Shown here one piece after another: positions 48,373-60,460 of a DNA stretch of 64,000 nucleotides (the first letter of the stretch is position 1; each line of letters begins with the position of its first letter). Origin of the DNA: Podarcis bocagei (Eukaryota); assembly GCA_964188305.1 (NCBI GenBank), contig OZ076893.1; one strand, written 5' to 3'. Under the pieces are notes generated by a model. That model was not told the DNA's origin and ran no database searches. It was given only the letters and a program-made list of their open reading frames with translations. Both the position numbers and the translations under genes were made by a program.

Positions 48373-49254
48373 CAAAAGAGTCAAATCTTTTGTTACATGA
48401 GTTCATGAGTACAGTTTGGGACTTATTTTCCATCTATGTAGCACCCTCCCATTGATGAAAGAGTTATAAAGCATCTATTGGAACCCCAATTTCCAGCTGG
48501 TGATAAAGAAATGTTTGGGGTGGCATGTTAGGTGGAAACTGGTTATACAAGAATGAAAAGTTATTCCAGAGCAGTTCTGAGAATATATTGTATGCTGCTC
48601 TTTATGTAAACTGGATTCATTTAAGGATATTTTTACATATTCTCACTGCAGTCCTGAAGGACCCGGTTGATCTTAATGCATTTTTATAGATGTATATATC
48701 TATTGCTTCTTTGAGTTTCCTGTTTTTATCATTTATGATATATCATTGGATTAGTTAGGGCCTATATTTTGTTAGTAGAAATGCTGATCCCTTGTTACCA
48801 ACGTGTTATATTTGTAAGTGTAATTGCAACTGAAATGTTTTGATGTGCTAAATACGAATTTGGTGGCATGTTTTTGAAGTGCCTTTATTTATTGTTAGAG
48901 ATCTGCTTGCTGTGCTTATACCAAATGTCATTTTTGATATTATTGTATTTGGCTGTTTTTGTTTATTTTTGTCGGTAGCTTTGGGCCTCCTGGGGATGGG
49001 GGAAGTGGGTTATAAATATGAATTTAACAGAAAAGGCTGAAATGACATGTATGTGGGTTACCTGGGCCAATAGTTGGTTTCATGACAGCCACCAGTGGAT
49101 TTAAACAAAGGAAAGTTTTAGAATTAGAATCAAGATTGCTCTTCAATTATAGAATTTGTGTTATGCTTAGAAAAATCTGGCACCAGTCTGTGATAAGAGT
49201 TTATAACACAACAACAGCATCTTGGAGTTTTTTGTTTTAGCCTTTGAACATGCA

Positions 49255-49490
49255 GAAACAGTGTTGTACAGTGATTAGAGTGTTGAACCTGAGAGACCAG
49301 GATTCAAATCTCCACTCAAAGCTCACTCAAAGCTCACTCAAAGCTCACTCAAACTGCCTCCCAACCTAACCTCCTTCACAGGCTTGCTGTGGTAGGGATT
49401 AAATAAGGAAGGGGAGAATCATGGATGCCACCTTGAGTTACTTGGAGGAAAAAGTGGTGTATACATTCGATCAATCCGTCAATAAAATGT
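49255..49490 (+). mobile_element. Degenerate MIR/CORE-like SINE
   Basis: tRNA-like head (gtacagtgattagagtg...ggattcaaatc), core acctccttcacaggcttgctgtg, internal (aagctcactca)x3. Confidence 0.55.
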
Positions 49491-50157
49491 AAGTACACTG
49501 GGAATGGAAGAAGTCTAAAGGTCTGGCCCTGGCTCCTAAGAATTTCATGCTGGTGTAAGGAAATTTGGAATATTTTTTTCTAGTCCTGGTTACATGCAGC
49601 ATCCCTGTGTAAAGTTTCTACCTGTATAAACTTCTCCTGGTCTTAAATAGAAGAGGAAGAAGTGGGACCTGCAACTAACTGTTGCACTGTGGTATATTCC
49701 TGTAGTTAAACTATGGAATTTGCTACCACCAAAGCTCGTGATGACCACCAACTTGGATGGCTTTAAAAGAGAACTGGACGAATTTGAGGAGAAGACTACC
49801 AACTACTGCTAGCTATGACGGCTGTGCTCTGCCTTCACTCTCAGAGGCAGTTTGTTTCTGAATATCAGCTGCTAGAAACCTCAGGAGCAGGTAGTGCTGC
49901 TGCACTCTAATCCCACATGGACCACTGAACAGGCTCTTAAATTCTCCATGATACTCTGTTCCATTCTGCTTCCTGTGCAGTTTTCTACTCCTTGCAACAG
50001 CCAGTCAATGTTCAGTAGCCACTGAGCATACTCCATTTTCAGTAGGCTGTTGTTGTTTTTTGTGGGGGTCCCCCTTAAGTTCCCCTGCTGGGTTTTCCCC
50101 CAAGCTTCCCCAACAACCTCATTCTTATGTATGGATGGCATCATTTTTATCTACATA

Positions 50158-52822
50158 GGAGGAGTGGCGTTATATGTCAGGGATGTGTATACCTGTGAAG
50201 AGATCCAAGATTTAGAACCTCAAAGCCAATGTGAGAGCATTTGGGTCAAAATTAAGGGAGAGAAGAATAACAGAGACCTCATTGTGGGAGTTTACTATAG
50301 ATCCCCAAGCCAAACGGAGGACATAGATGATGCCTTCCTGGAACAGATGGCCAAGCATGCAAAAGGAAGGGAGATAGTAGTAATGGGGGACTTCAATTAC
50401 CCGGATATTTGTTGGACGTCAAACTCAGCCAAGAGCATAAGGTCAAACAGATTCCTCACTGGCCTTGCAGACAACTTCATTGTCCAGAAAGTGGGAGAAG
50501 CAACAAGAGGAACAGCCATTTTAGATCTGGTCCTAACCAATGTTGATGACCTGGTTAGTGGGGTAGAAGTGGAAGGATCATTAGGCGCGAGTGATCATGC
50601 TCTTCTGAAGTTTACTATACAGCGGAAAGGAGCAGCCAAGCATACTAGGACTCAATTTCTTGACTTTAAGAAAGCCGACTTCATAAAACTTAGGGAAGTG
50701 CTGGGTGAGATCCCATGGACAGCAATACTAAAAGGAAAGGGAGTTCATGATGGCTGGGAGTTTGTTAAGAGGGAGATAGTAAAAGCACAACGTCAGGCAA
50801 TACCAATGAGACAGAAACATGGAAGGTGCCTAAAGAAGCCAGGGTGGCTATCTAAAGAACTTTTAACTGAATTAAGATTAAAAAAGGATGTGTACAAAAA
50901 ATGGAAAAGGGGGGAAACCACCAAAGAGGAATTCAAACAAATAGCCAGCACGTGTAGACACAAAGTCAGAAAAGCTAAAGCACAGAATGAACTCAGGCTT
51001 GCTAGAGAGGTTAAAAGCAACAAAAAAGGCTTTTATGGGTATGTTCGTAGCAAAAGGAAGAACAAAGAAACAGTGGGGTCACTCAGAGGAGAAGATGGTG
51101 AAATGCAAACAGGGGACACAGAAAGGGCTGAACTCCTCAATGCCTTCTTTGCCTCAGTCTTCTCCGATAAAGAAAACAATGCCCGACCTGAAGAATTTGG
51201 AGCAAATGATTCAGCAAAGGAAACACAGCCCAGAATAACTAAGGAGACAGTACAAGAATATTTGGCTAGTTTAGATGTATTCAAGTCTCCAGGGCCAGAT
51301 GAACTGCATCCAAGAGTATTAAAAGAACTGGCAGATGTGATCTCAGAACCACTGGCAGTCATCTTCGAGAAATCCTGGAGAACAGGCGAAGTCCCGGCAG
51401 ACTGGAGGAGGGCAAATGTTGTCCCTATTTTCAAAAAGGGGAAAAGAGAGGACCCAAATAATTACCGCCCAGTCAGTCTGACATCAATAGCAGGGAAGAT
51501 TCTGGAGCAGATCATTAAGCAAACAGTCTGTGAGCACCTAGAAAGGAATGCTGTGATCACCAATAGTCAGCATGGATTTCTGAAAAATAAGTCATGTCAG
51601 ACTAACCTGATCTCATTTTTTGACAGAATTACAAGCCTGGTAGATGAAGGGAACTCAGTGGATATAGCCTACCTTGATTTCAGTAAGGCATTTGACAAGG
51701 TGCCCCATGATATTCTTGTAAAGAAGCTGGTAAAATGCGGTCTTGACTCTGCTACCACTCAGTGGATTTGTAACTGGCTGACTGACCGAACCCAAAGGGT
51801 GCTCATCAATGGTTCCTCTTCATCCTGGAGAAGAGTGACTAGTGGGGTGCCACAGGGTTCTGTCTTGGGCCCGGTCTTATTTAACATCTTTATCAACGAC
51901 TTGGATGATGGACTCAAGGGCATCCTGATCAAATTTGCAGATGACACCAAACTGGGAGGGGTGGCTAACACCCCAGAGGACAGGATCACACTTCAAAACG
52001 ACCTTGACAGATTAGAGAACTGGGCCAAAACAAACAAGATGAATTTTAACAGGGAGAAATGTAAAGTATTGCACTTGGGCAAAAAAAATGAGAGGCACAA
52101 ATACAAGATGGGTGACACCTGGCTTGAGAGCAGTACATGTGAAAAGGATCTAGGAGTCTTGGTTGACCACAAACTTGACATGAGCCAACAGTGTGACGCG
52201 GCAGCTAAAAAAGCCAATGCAATTCTGGGCTGCATCAATAGGAGTATAGCATCTAGATCAAGGGAAGTAATAGTGCCACTGTATTCTGCTCTGGTCAGAC
52301 CACACCTGGAGTACTGTGTCCAGTTCTGGGCACCACAATTCAAGAAGGACACTGACAAACTGGAACGTGTCCAGAGGAGGGCAACCAAAATGGTCAAAGG
52401 CCTGGAAACGATGCCTTATGAGGAACGGCTAAGGGAGCTGGGCATGTTTAGCCTGGAGAAGAGGAGGTTAAGGGGTGATATGATAGCCATGTTCAAATAT
52501 ATAAAAGGATGTCACATAGAGGAGGGAGAAAGGTTGTTTTCTGCTGCTCCAGAGAAGCGGACACGGAGCAATGGATCCAAACTACAAGAAAGAAGATTCC
52601 ACCTAAACATTAGGAAGAACTTCCTGACAGTAAGAGCTGTTCGACAGTGGAATTTGCTGCCAAGGAGTGTGGTGGAGTCTCCTACTTTGGAGGTCTTTAA
52701 GCAGAGGCTTGACAACCATATGTCAGGAGTGCTCTGATGGTGTTTCCTGCTTGGCAGGGGGTTGGACTCGATGGCCCTTGTGGTCTCTTCCAACTCTATG
52801 ATTCTATGATTCTATGATTCTA
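50158..52822 (+). mobile_element. Young CR1 LINE, 5'-truncated, uninterrupted ORF2 frame (partial APE endonuclease plus full RT)
   Basis: EN motifs [25 protein letters not shown]; RT motif FADD; stop at 52737; (ATTCTATG)n tail; 8-bp TSD tctacata (50150-50157, 52819-52826). Confidence 0.97.
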
Positions 52823-53524
52823 CATAAGAATCCATGCTCGTCTCTCAGTTTTGGGAAGGATATTGATGTGTTTGAGATGATTAAAAGCAGTTTCATAAAT
52901 GAACATGTTATTTCTGCAAATGAAGTGTGTATTTCAGATGATGCACATACTTAAGAAATACAGATTCCCTCATTCATAACCATTATCAGTATGGCAAGTT
53001 AGCAGAAAGCCATTACATTTCAATTAGACAAGCCTGTTAAATTAGCCAGCCAATAGACACATCTGGCGCAAACTGGAAGTTTCTGGGGGAGAAAACATTG
53101 CATGAAAATCTATATTAAAGAAGCACACAGAGACTCCAATAATGCACACAGTGTTGATCATTCCCACACTTTCTTTAAAACAGAGATAGATTTTAAATTA
53201 ATGCTTAAAAATAATGTCAATATTACACTAATCTCAATACTGCTAATACCTGTTACCTTACTGTACCTAAGATCCTCTTGGGTGTTAAGATCAATAGAAT
53301 CTCTTGGTAGTCCCACCAGCCTCAGAACTTTGGGGTGGTGGTGGCTCAGAAGAGGGCTTTCTCTGTAACAGCTCCTAAGCTCTGGAATTCCATAACCACA
53401 GAGGTGAATCTGACACCTTCATTATATAACGTTCTTCATACGCTGAAGATACATGTCTTTACCCTGACCTTTGACACATGATAGAGATATTTTAGGGCCC
53501 TCCCTATTCCCTTGATCATAATAC

Positions 53525-54290
53525 CTCAGAAGGTGGTGGACTCCCCTTCCTTAGAGGTTTTCAAACAGTGGTTTGGTGGCCGTCTGTTAAGGATTCTTTA
53601 GTTGTAGATCTGGCATTGCCAGGGGTTGGACTAGATGAACCTTGGGTCCCTTCCAACTCTATAATTCTATGATTCCAACCACTGCTTCTAAACCTCCAAG
53701 GAAGGAGAAAGTGCCACCTCTCATGGGAGTCTGTTCCACTGTTGAACAGCTCTTCCTGCCATTCCTGATGTTTAGTTGGCGTCTCCTTGCTTGGAACTTG
53801 AATCCATTGGGTCGAGTCCTACATTCCAGAGAAGGAGAAAACAAGCTTGCTCCATTCTCCATGTTCCGGCCTTTTAGATATTTGAAGATGGCTATCATAT
53901 TTCCTCTCAGTCTTCTCTTTACCAAGCTAAATATACCCAATTCTCTCAACCATTCCTCATAAGGTTTGGTTTCCAGATTCTTGATCTTCCTGGTTTCTCT
54001 CCTCCACCTACATCACAGCTTGTCAATATCCTTCCTAAATTGTGATGCGGAGAAGTGGACAAAATAATCCAGGAGTGGGCTGACCAAGGCAGAATAGAGG
54101 AGTGCTATTACTTCCCTTGATCCGGACATGATGCTTCTTTTGAATCAGCCTGGAATAGGGTTTGTTGTTGTTGTTCTTGCTGCTGCTGCATCACATGTTC
54201 AGCTTGTGGTCTACTAAGACGCCTAGATCCCTTTCACATGCACTACTGGCAAGCCAGGTGCCCCCCATCTTATATGTGTGCAGATGGTTC
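53525..54290. mobile_element. Two older CR1 3' fragments joined tail-to-tail (+ 53525-53675; - 53676-54290)
   Basis: Plus piece ends ccttccaactctataattctatgattc; minus piece encodes RELGIFSLVKRRLRGNMIAIFKYLKG. Confidence 0.75.
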
Positions 54291-55217
54291 CCCCCCCCCC
54301 CGTATGCACTACCTATATGCAGTACTTGAAGATGTGCACCAGCTGCCAATATGGTTCCAGTACAAATTCAAGGATTTACAGTTGCTTTATAAAGCCCTGA
54401 ATGAGTTGGGACCTCAATACATGGAGTGTCTCTCCCAATATAACCCTACTTAAGAGTTATGATTGGCCATGGAAGCCTTCCTTGGTTTCCCACCAATGGG
54501 ACCTAACATTAGAGAGTGAAATCTGGGTGAACCTTCTCCATGGTGGCACCCCAGCTTCTGAAAGTCCTGCTCCTTGAAATTCATAGGCACCCTTTTCCAT
54601 TTTTAAGAGAGGAAGCTTCAGGGCCAAACACACCTGCTGCTCAGTCAGGGGTGGGCCAGATCCTGTTCTACGCTGCCATCATTGACCAAGTTCAACCAGT
54701 GGGGAATCATAGACTTGGAAAGTTGGAAGGAACCATGAGGGCCAACTAATCCAACCTCCTGCATCAGTTGGCTTCATCAATGTTGCCATTTTATTGCAAT
54801 CTCAAAACATAGCAGGATTTGGGGGTTATAAGATGATAGATTTTTAATAGAGTTTTCTGGGGGAGCCCCCCTCATTTTATGGTTCTTGATATTATTTTAT
54901 TGAAATGCTTGTTACCTGCCCTGACATATTCAGATTAGGGGGTGGGATATAAATAGCATAAATAGATAGATTATTGCTAAAAAGGCACTACAAGCCCCTA
55001 CCCAGGGGTAGGAGTGGGAAGGTGCTCTGGAACTCCTGTTTGCTTAAAGAAATAGGAAGTACTCATCAGTGTCCAACACTGTTATATATGCTGGAAGCCA
55101 CCCAGAGCTGTTGGGGCAACCCAGTCAGAAGGGCAGGGTACAAATAATAAATTGTTGTTGTTGCTGCTGCTGCTGCTGTTACAATTGCAACACAGACTAC
55201 AGACTACAGACTACAGA

Positions 55218-55469
55218 GAGCCAGTGTGGTGTAGTGGTTAAGAGCGGTAGTCACGTAATCTGGGTAACCGGGTTCGCGTCTCCGCTCCTCCACATGCAGC
55301 TTCTGGGTGACCTTGGGCCAGTCACACTTCTGTGAAGTCTCTCAGCCCCACTCACCTCACAGAGTGTTTGTTGTGGGGGAGGAAGGGAAAGGAGAATGTT
55401 AGCCGCTTTGAGACTCCTTAAAGGGAGTGAAAGGCGGGATATCAAATCCAAACTCTTCTTCTTCTTCTT
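55218..55469 (+). mobile_element. Young-looking tRNA-headed MIR/CORE-like SINE with (TCT)n tail
   Basis: A box tggtgtagtggt, B-box-like gggttcgcgtc, core gtgaccttgggccagtcac; TSD ctacaga. Confidence 0.8.
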
Positions 55470-55645
55470 CTACAGATTCTCCCAAGACCTGTCACCAAAT
55501 ATATCCCCACAGTAGCATGCATTGTCACACATTTTCTTTCATGTCCTGTGGTGATTATTTGGACTCTGAATTCAAGTTTTTTACTACTCAAAATAAACCA
55601 TGATTATTGAACATGCTAGCTTTTGGTTTTCTAATCTGGCTGGAT

Positions 55646-55660
55646 GCTGCCATCTAGTGA
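55646..55660 (-). promoter_or_regulatory. CTCF-like motif
   Basis: gctgccatctagtga compared with the consensus reverse complement gctgccatctagtgg (1 mismatch). Confidence 0.4.
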
Positions 55661-56738
55661 TCAAAACTTTAAAAGCACAGCAAATAAATTCACCCTAAGC
55701 ATCTCAGCTACTTAATTGTTTTAAAACATTGCCTAAGATCAAGGGAAAAAATTGCCTGAACAGCCAGAAGTTATGGGAAGGCAAAGCAAATATGGGCTAT
55801 TTGCCCCTTTTAGCACATCTATCAGCATAGGCACACATCATTTTAAGTATTTCTTCTCAGAGTCTTCTTTTGTTCCATCCCACAACTCGGAAGAGATGAG
55901 GTTAGAGGAAAAGGCTGAGAGCTGTATCCTACTAGTTTTACTTAGTATTGAAATTAATTTACCTAAATTAGTAAAGTCTTTTAATTTCGATGAATCTACG
56001 CTGAGTAGGACTAACACTGATTACAACCCTGAGTCATCAGTCACGCATCACTGATACCACAATCTGGGCTGTAGAGGAGGATCTTACCACAGGCCTTAGC
56101 AGCTGGGTGGGTCGTGAGGAGTCAGCACCTTGTCAGGTGAACCTGGAATAGTAAACCAGAAGACCTCATATCCAGGAGTCTGCAGAGTTGTGGAATCCAA
56201 GGCACCACAACTAGCCATACATATATATATGAGCTCCAGATCTGGCACAATAATTCCTGGAGGATGAAACCCCAATACCAGTTTTCTGGGGGTCTCAAGT
56301 AGGAGAGTGCTATTGTGGGATTCCAATAGGCTATCTGGTCAGACACTGTGAGAACAAGATGCTGGAAGAGATGGGCCTTTGTTCTGATTCATCAGGGCTC
56401 CTCAACTACACAATTGGATCCCACATAACATCAGGTAAGCCCCATTCCTGTTTGTAAACAGACCCTAAAGACTCCAGAGCCCTTAGTGGCTAATTATGTA
56501 ATGAGCTGCAGAACTGGCATTCTACTCCATTTTTGAAAGTTTTATACTATGCTGGACTATTGTTGCAGTGTTTTTTTGCTGGCTTTTAACAATGTTTTGC
56601 TATTAAAATGGTTGAGATCATTGTGATGTTTCAAATTATTCTGTATCATATAACTTGCAAGCCATTCTGCAGTAGACAAATTTGTTAAATGAATGGGTGA
56701 GTAAGTGAATGCTCTGAAGACCAGACAAGAAGGTGTAT

Positions 56739-56798
<60 letters not shown>

Positions 56799-57220
56799 GA
56801 TCAGTCGTAGCCGAGTAAGATTGTCTTCCATAAACACAGTTTTAACAGTGGGTCTGTAAGTGATTGTGGGGCCAATTCTGGACCCACACGTCCTTCCACA
56901 GTGGGGACACAGGTTTCTGGGTGGGAGTTGATCATGGTGAGGGTTTGCCAAGCATGCCTTCATCTTAGCACATTTCTCCCTTTCATCCTGAGTGTCTTCA
57001 AAGCCCATGACACCTTTGGTAAGGGCTGTTCTCCAATTGGAGTGCTCACAGGCTAGTGTTTCCCAAATGTCGGTGTTTATACTACATGTTTTAAGATTTG
57101 CCTTGAGAGAGTCTTTAAACCTCTTTTATTGACCACCAGCATTACGCTTTCCATTTTTAAGCTTGGAATAGAGTAGTTGCTTTGGAAGACGATAGTCAGG
57201 CATCCGCACAACATGACAGT
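56739..57220 (-). mobile_element. RTE-clade LINE 3' fragment with (GAAA)n tail
   Basis: Minus strand encodes HVVRMP..RLPKQLLYSKLKNGKRNAGGQ and a C-terminal CPHCGRTCGSRIG zinc-finger-like motif; tetranucleotide tail at 56739-56797. Confidence 0.8.
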
Positions 57221-59637
57221 TCACATCTGGTAGCACAAAGCTTTCTACCTCTGAGCCATAAGTGAGTGGTGGAATCATGAGTCCGAGTCGCCTGTAGAGC
57301 AGGGTCCCACTGATGCTCCAGGAAGAGGGTAGATCAGCAGCGACAGATTATTAAACCTTTCATTTACTATCTGGACATTGCTGATGCGTCATCTCTTCTG
57401 ACCAGCTTCTTGGCTTTGGACTCCATTCTGGCCATCTGGTTGGGCAGCTCTTCTGCTGTCTCAGCTATCTTGCCCTGAAACCCTCTCCTTGTTCTAATGA
57501 ACAGCTCTCTTGTCTCGCAGTTTTGGTACAGGCCAGAGCAGAACACCTGCTCTTTGCTTAGTGGGCACATCTGTAAAGCTCCCTCTCCTCCTCCATCCTC
57601 CTTGTTCGGTCTCTCTGTCTCTCTAAAACTCTTGTCTGTACCAGTACAAATCCAGGTTGATTGGAAAAGATTACAGAGAGAGTTTACCATTTGCTGTCAT
57701 TCAATTGATTATAATTATAAAGTGCTTCCCCAGCTATAGATATACCAGCTGTGTGGTCTCTGCAATACTTTAAAACTTCTGCATTCTTGAATGAGTGCCG
57801 GGTTTGTGGGTAAATAATTCAGTTAGCATTTTGTAATGCCTGCCAGGCAAGGTGAGTGTTTCATTAATGCAACAATCAGCTCATCAGACTGGCAGCTTTT
57901 AAATTATTTCCAAGATCCCTAATACACAATTCACACCCTCAGGTCAAATTGGACTAAATATTTTATTTATCATATACATATCTTATGCTGCTTTTGAACC
58001 ACATAAATTCCCAAAGCAGCAAACGAGAATGTTTTGAGTTAAAAAATGAAAAGCACAATCCTATACAGAAGTTCAGTGGTGCTTTCTCCCAAGTGTGTAG
58101 AGGAATGCAGTCTAATAGATTATTTCTCCTCGTCGTCTTTATACAACTTCCTCTTGATTTCCACATCACCTTCTAGGACCCTGTTCTCTCATGCCTTTCT
58201 GTCCTTTTCCTGTTGTCATCTTCCTGCCAGCTGCCCTGCAGCTCCTCGCCAGCACCAGGCAGGCGACATACAGCACATAACAGGGCCTCCAGAAATAAAT
58301 ATCTAATTGTGCAGCTACTTCCTCTTTCATTGAAAGAGGAGGTATCACTGAAGTGGGACACCCAATCAAACAACACAGTCCAGGTGCATTGAGAACATAA
58401 GAAGAGGCTGCTGGGTGAGGCCAGTGGTCCATCTCGTCCAGCATCCTGTTTTCACGGTGGCCAGCCAGATCCCTGTGGGAAGCCCGAGAGCTGGACATGA
58501 GCTTAACAGCACTCTCCTTACCCGCAAGTCCCAGAAACTGATATTCAGTGGCATATTGCCTTTGACTGTGAAGACAGAACACAGCCATTGTAGCTAGTAG
58601 CAATTCATAGCCTCGTCCTCCAAGAATTCATCTCATCATCTTTTAAATTCACCCAGGTTGGTGGCCACCACTGCCTCTTCTGGAAGCAAGTTCCATAGTT
58701 TGACCATTGGAAGTCCATGAGTTCAAGCGTTTATGACAGTTGGAGTGGGCTCACCTTTCCTCTAAACGATGAAGTCTCAAAACACTGCAACTTTCCCTCA
58801 AAGGGAGTTGCTCTGCCCACTTGATCAGTTTGGTTGCTCTTTTCTGAACCTTTTCCGACTCTACAATACCCAGTTGGCTGGCTAGAATCCTGAACCTGAG
58901 CTAGGCGGTGAGGAGACGACATTTCAGCATGTTATTGCAATCTCACTGGCATTTCTAAGAAATGTCCCCCCCCCACCCCCCAATGGCTCCACAGTTTTGC
59001 TTTCAATCCCAGCAAAATCCCAGGTTCGAAGAGCATTTCTTTTGTCAAATTCTGTAAATGGAACGTTCCAAATGTTACAACTATGTTCATTTTAGTCACA
59101 CCCCATATGTTGTTTATTCAGAAGACAGGAGTTTTGCAGGTTGCCAATATGTCAAGGAAGCTTTAAGCTAAATGTTGAGTTAAGAAAATAATAATCAAGC
59201 AATTTATACGAATCTTCTTAGTATCCATAATCATTTAAGAATAGGTCAGAACAACCTGATTTGTCACTGAGACTCAAAAATCCACTCAGAGGGATATCAG
59301 TTTATATTCACTGCTGAAGTCCAAGTTCAGTGGCAGCTGATCCACACACCACACCCCAACTTCCTAGATTCAGATGTCTTCCTCCAACCAAACTTCTCTC
59401 ACTTGCCCCAGCTGAGTTTTATCAAACAAAGAATTTGTTTGAATGTAAAATATGAAGCAAGTAGGTGAATTCAGGGATTGATTAAAAATGAACACACATG
59501 TTTGCAGGTCATACTCACCAGAACCTGCTAGGAGGGAGTAAATCTAAATCTCAGAAAGAAAACATTGTCATTACTTGAGAGCGCTGTTGAAATTCAGCTC
59601 TATATTTATCCCTGTCAACAAACTTAGGTGAGGCTGG

Positions 59638-60306
59638 CAGAGGTGGAGCTAGCTGCTCTGGCACCCGGAGCAGCCTGCGGGGGTGCGTCAGCATCAGCAC
59701 ATGTCCTGGGGAGTGCGCCAGTGGCAGGGCACATCCCAGGGGGATGCGTTGATGTCAGTGCGCGTCCCGGGGGGCACCGCCCATGGTGATGTCACCCCCC
59801 TCAGGGAGGCACCCAGGGAGGGCAGACCACACCCACCACATGTTAGAATTCCTGCTCCGTGATTGCAGTCATGGGATTGTTGTCTTTCACATGATGGTAT
59901 ATGTTTCGACTCCACAGAGTGGGAAATGATGGAGACAGGATGTTACTGTGTTCTGTGAAGTGGGACTATTGTCCTTTGTTCTTTTTCTCTTTGCTGTCTG
60001 ATGCTAGAGAGACAGGGAGCCATGTTGCAGTGCTCCGTGTGTGTTTATATGTAAATAAAGTAGATTAGCCAAAATGCTGAGTTTCTGAGGTCTGTCACGC
60101 ATGCTGCACAAACTCTGTGGATCCCTAAGTGTGCTGATGTCTGTTGGCGTCTGTCGCTGTGATGTTCAGGCTGAAGAAAGCTTTTGAAGCTGCCAAACGA
60201 TTGACCAGCAGGGAGGGAACATGCCAGTCAGGCATGTGTTTCTGTCAGGGTCCTACTCGAGTGTAGGACGAGCTCCTGATACTGCACCCACCTTGCTCTG
60301 CTACGG
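59638..60306. mobile_element. GC-rich hAT-like MITE interrupted by a solo LTR
   Basis: Degenerate TIRs cagaggtggagc / gctctgctacgg; 8-bp TSD gaggct[g/a]g (59630-59637, 60307-60314). Confidence 0.65.
59841..60281 (+). mobile_element. Probable solo LTR (441 bp)
   Basis: Starts TGTTAGAA and ends TCCTGATA (TG...CA-like), internal aataaa, flanked by ccaca / ctgca. Confidence 0.6.
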
Positions 60307-60380
60307 GAGGCTAGGCCTATGCTGAACCAATTTTCTAGGTTTGGCAGTGGACTGGAAGAGGAAGCAGAATTCTGACAAAA

Positions 60381-60460
60381 TGGTGGATCACTTGAACTCA
60401 GGAGTTTGGGGCTGCTGTGAGCTATGTGGATCGGGTGTGTGCACTACGTTTGGTGTCGTT
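60381..60460 (+). pseudogene. 7SL (SRP) RNA-derived fragment
   Basis: tggtggatcacttgaactcaggagtttggggctgctgtgagctatgtggatcgggtgtgtgcactacgtttgg aligns by eye to 7SL TGGAGGATCGCTTGAGTCCAGGAGTTCTGGGCTGTAGTGCGCTATGCCGATCGGGTGTCCGCACTAAGTTCGG. Confidence 0.85.

Noticed and set aside
50050-52737. 895-aa ORF as a host gene
   Set aside because: It is CR1 ORF2 with tail and TSD; the first ~36 codons are flanking DNA.
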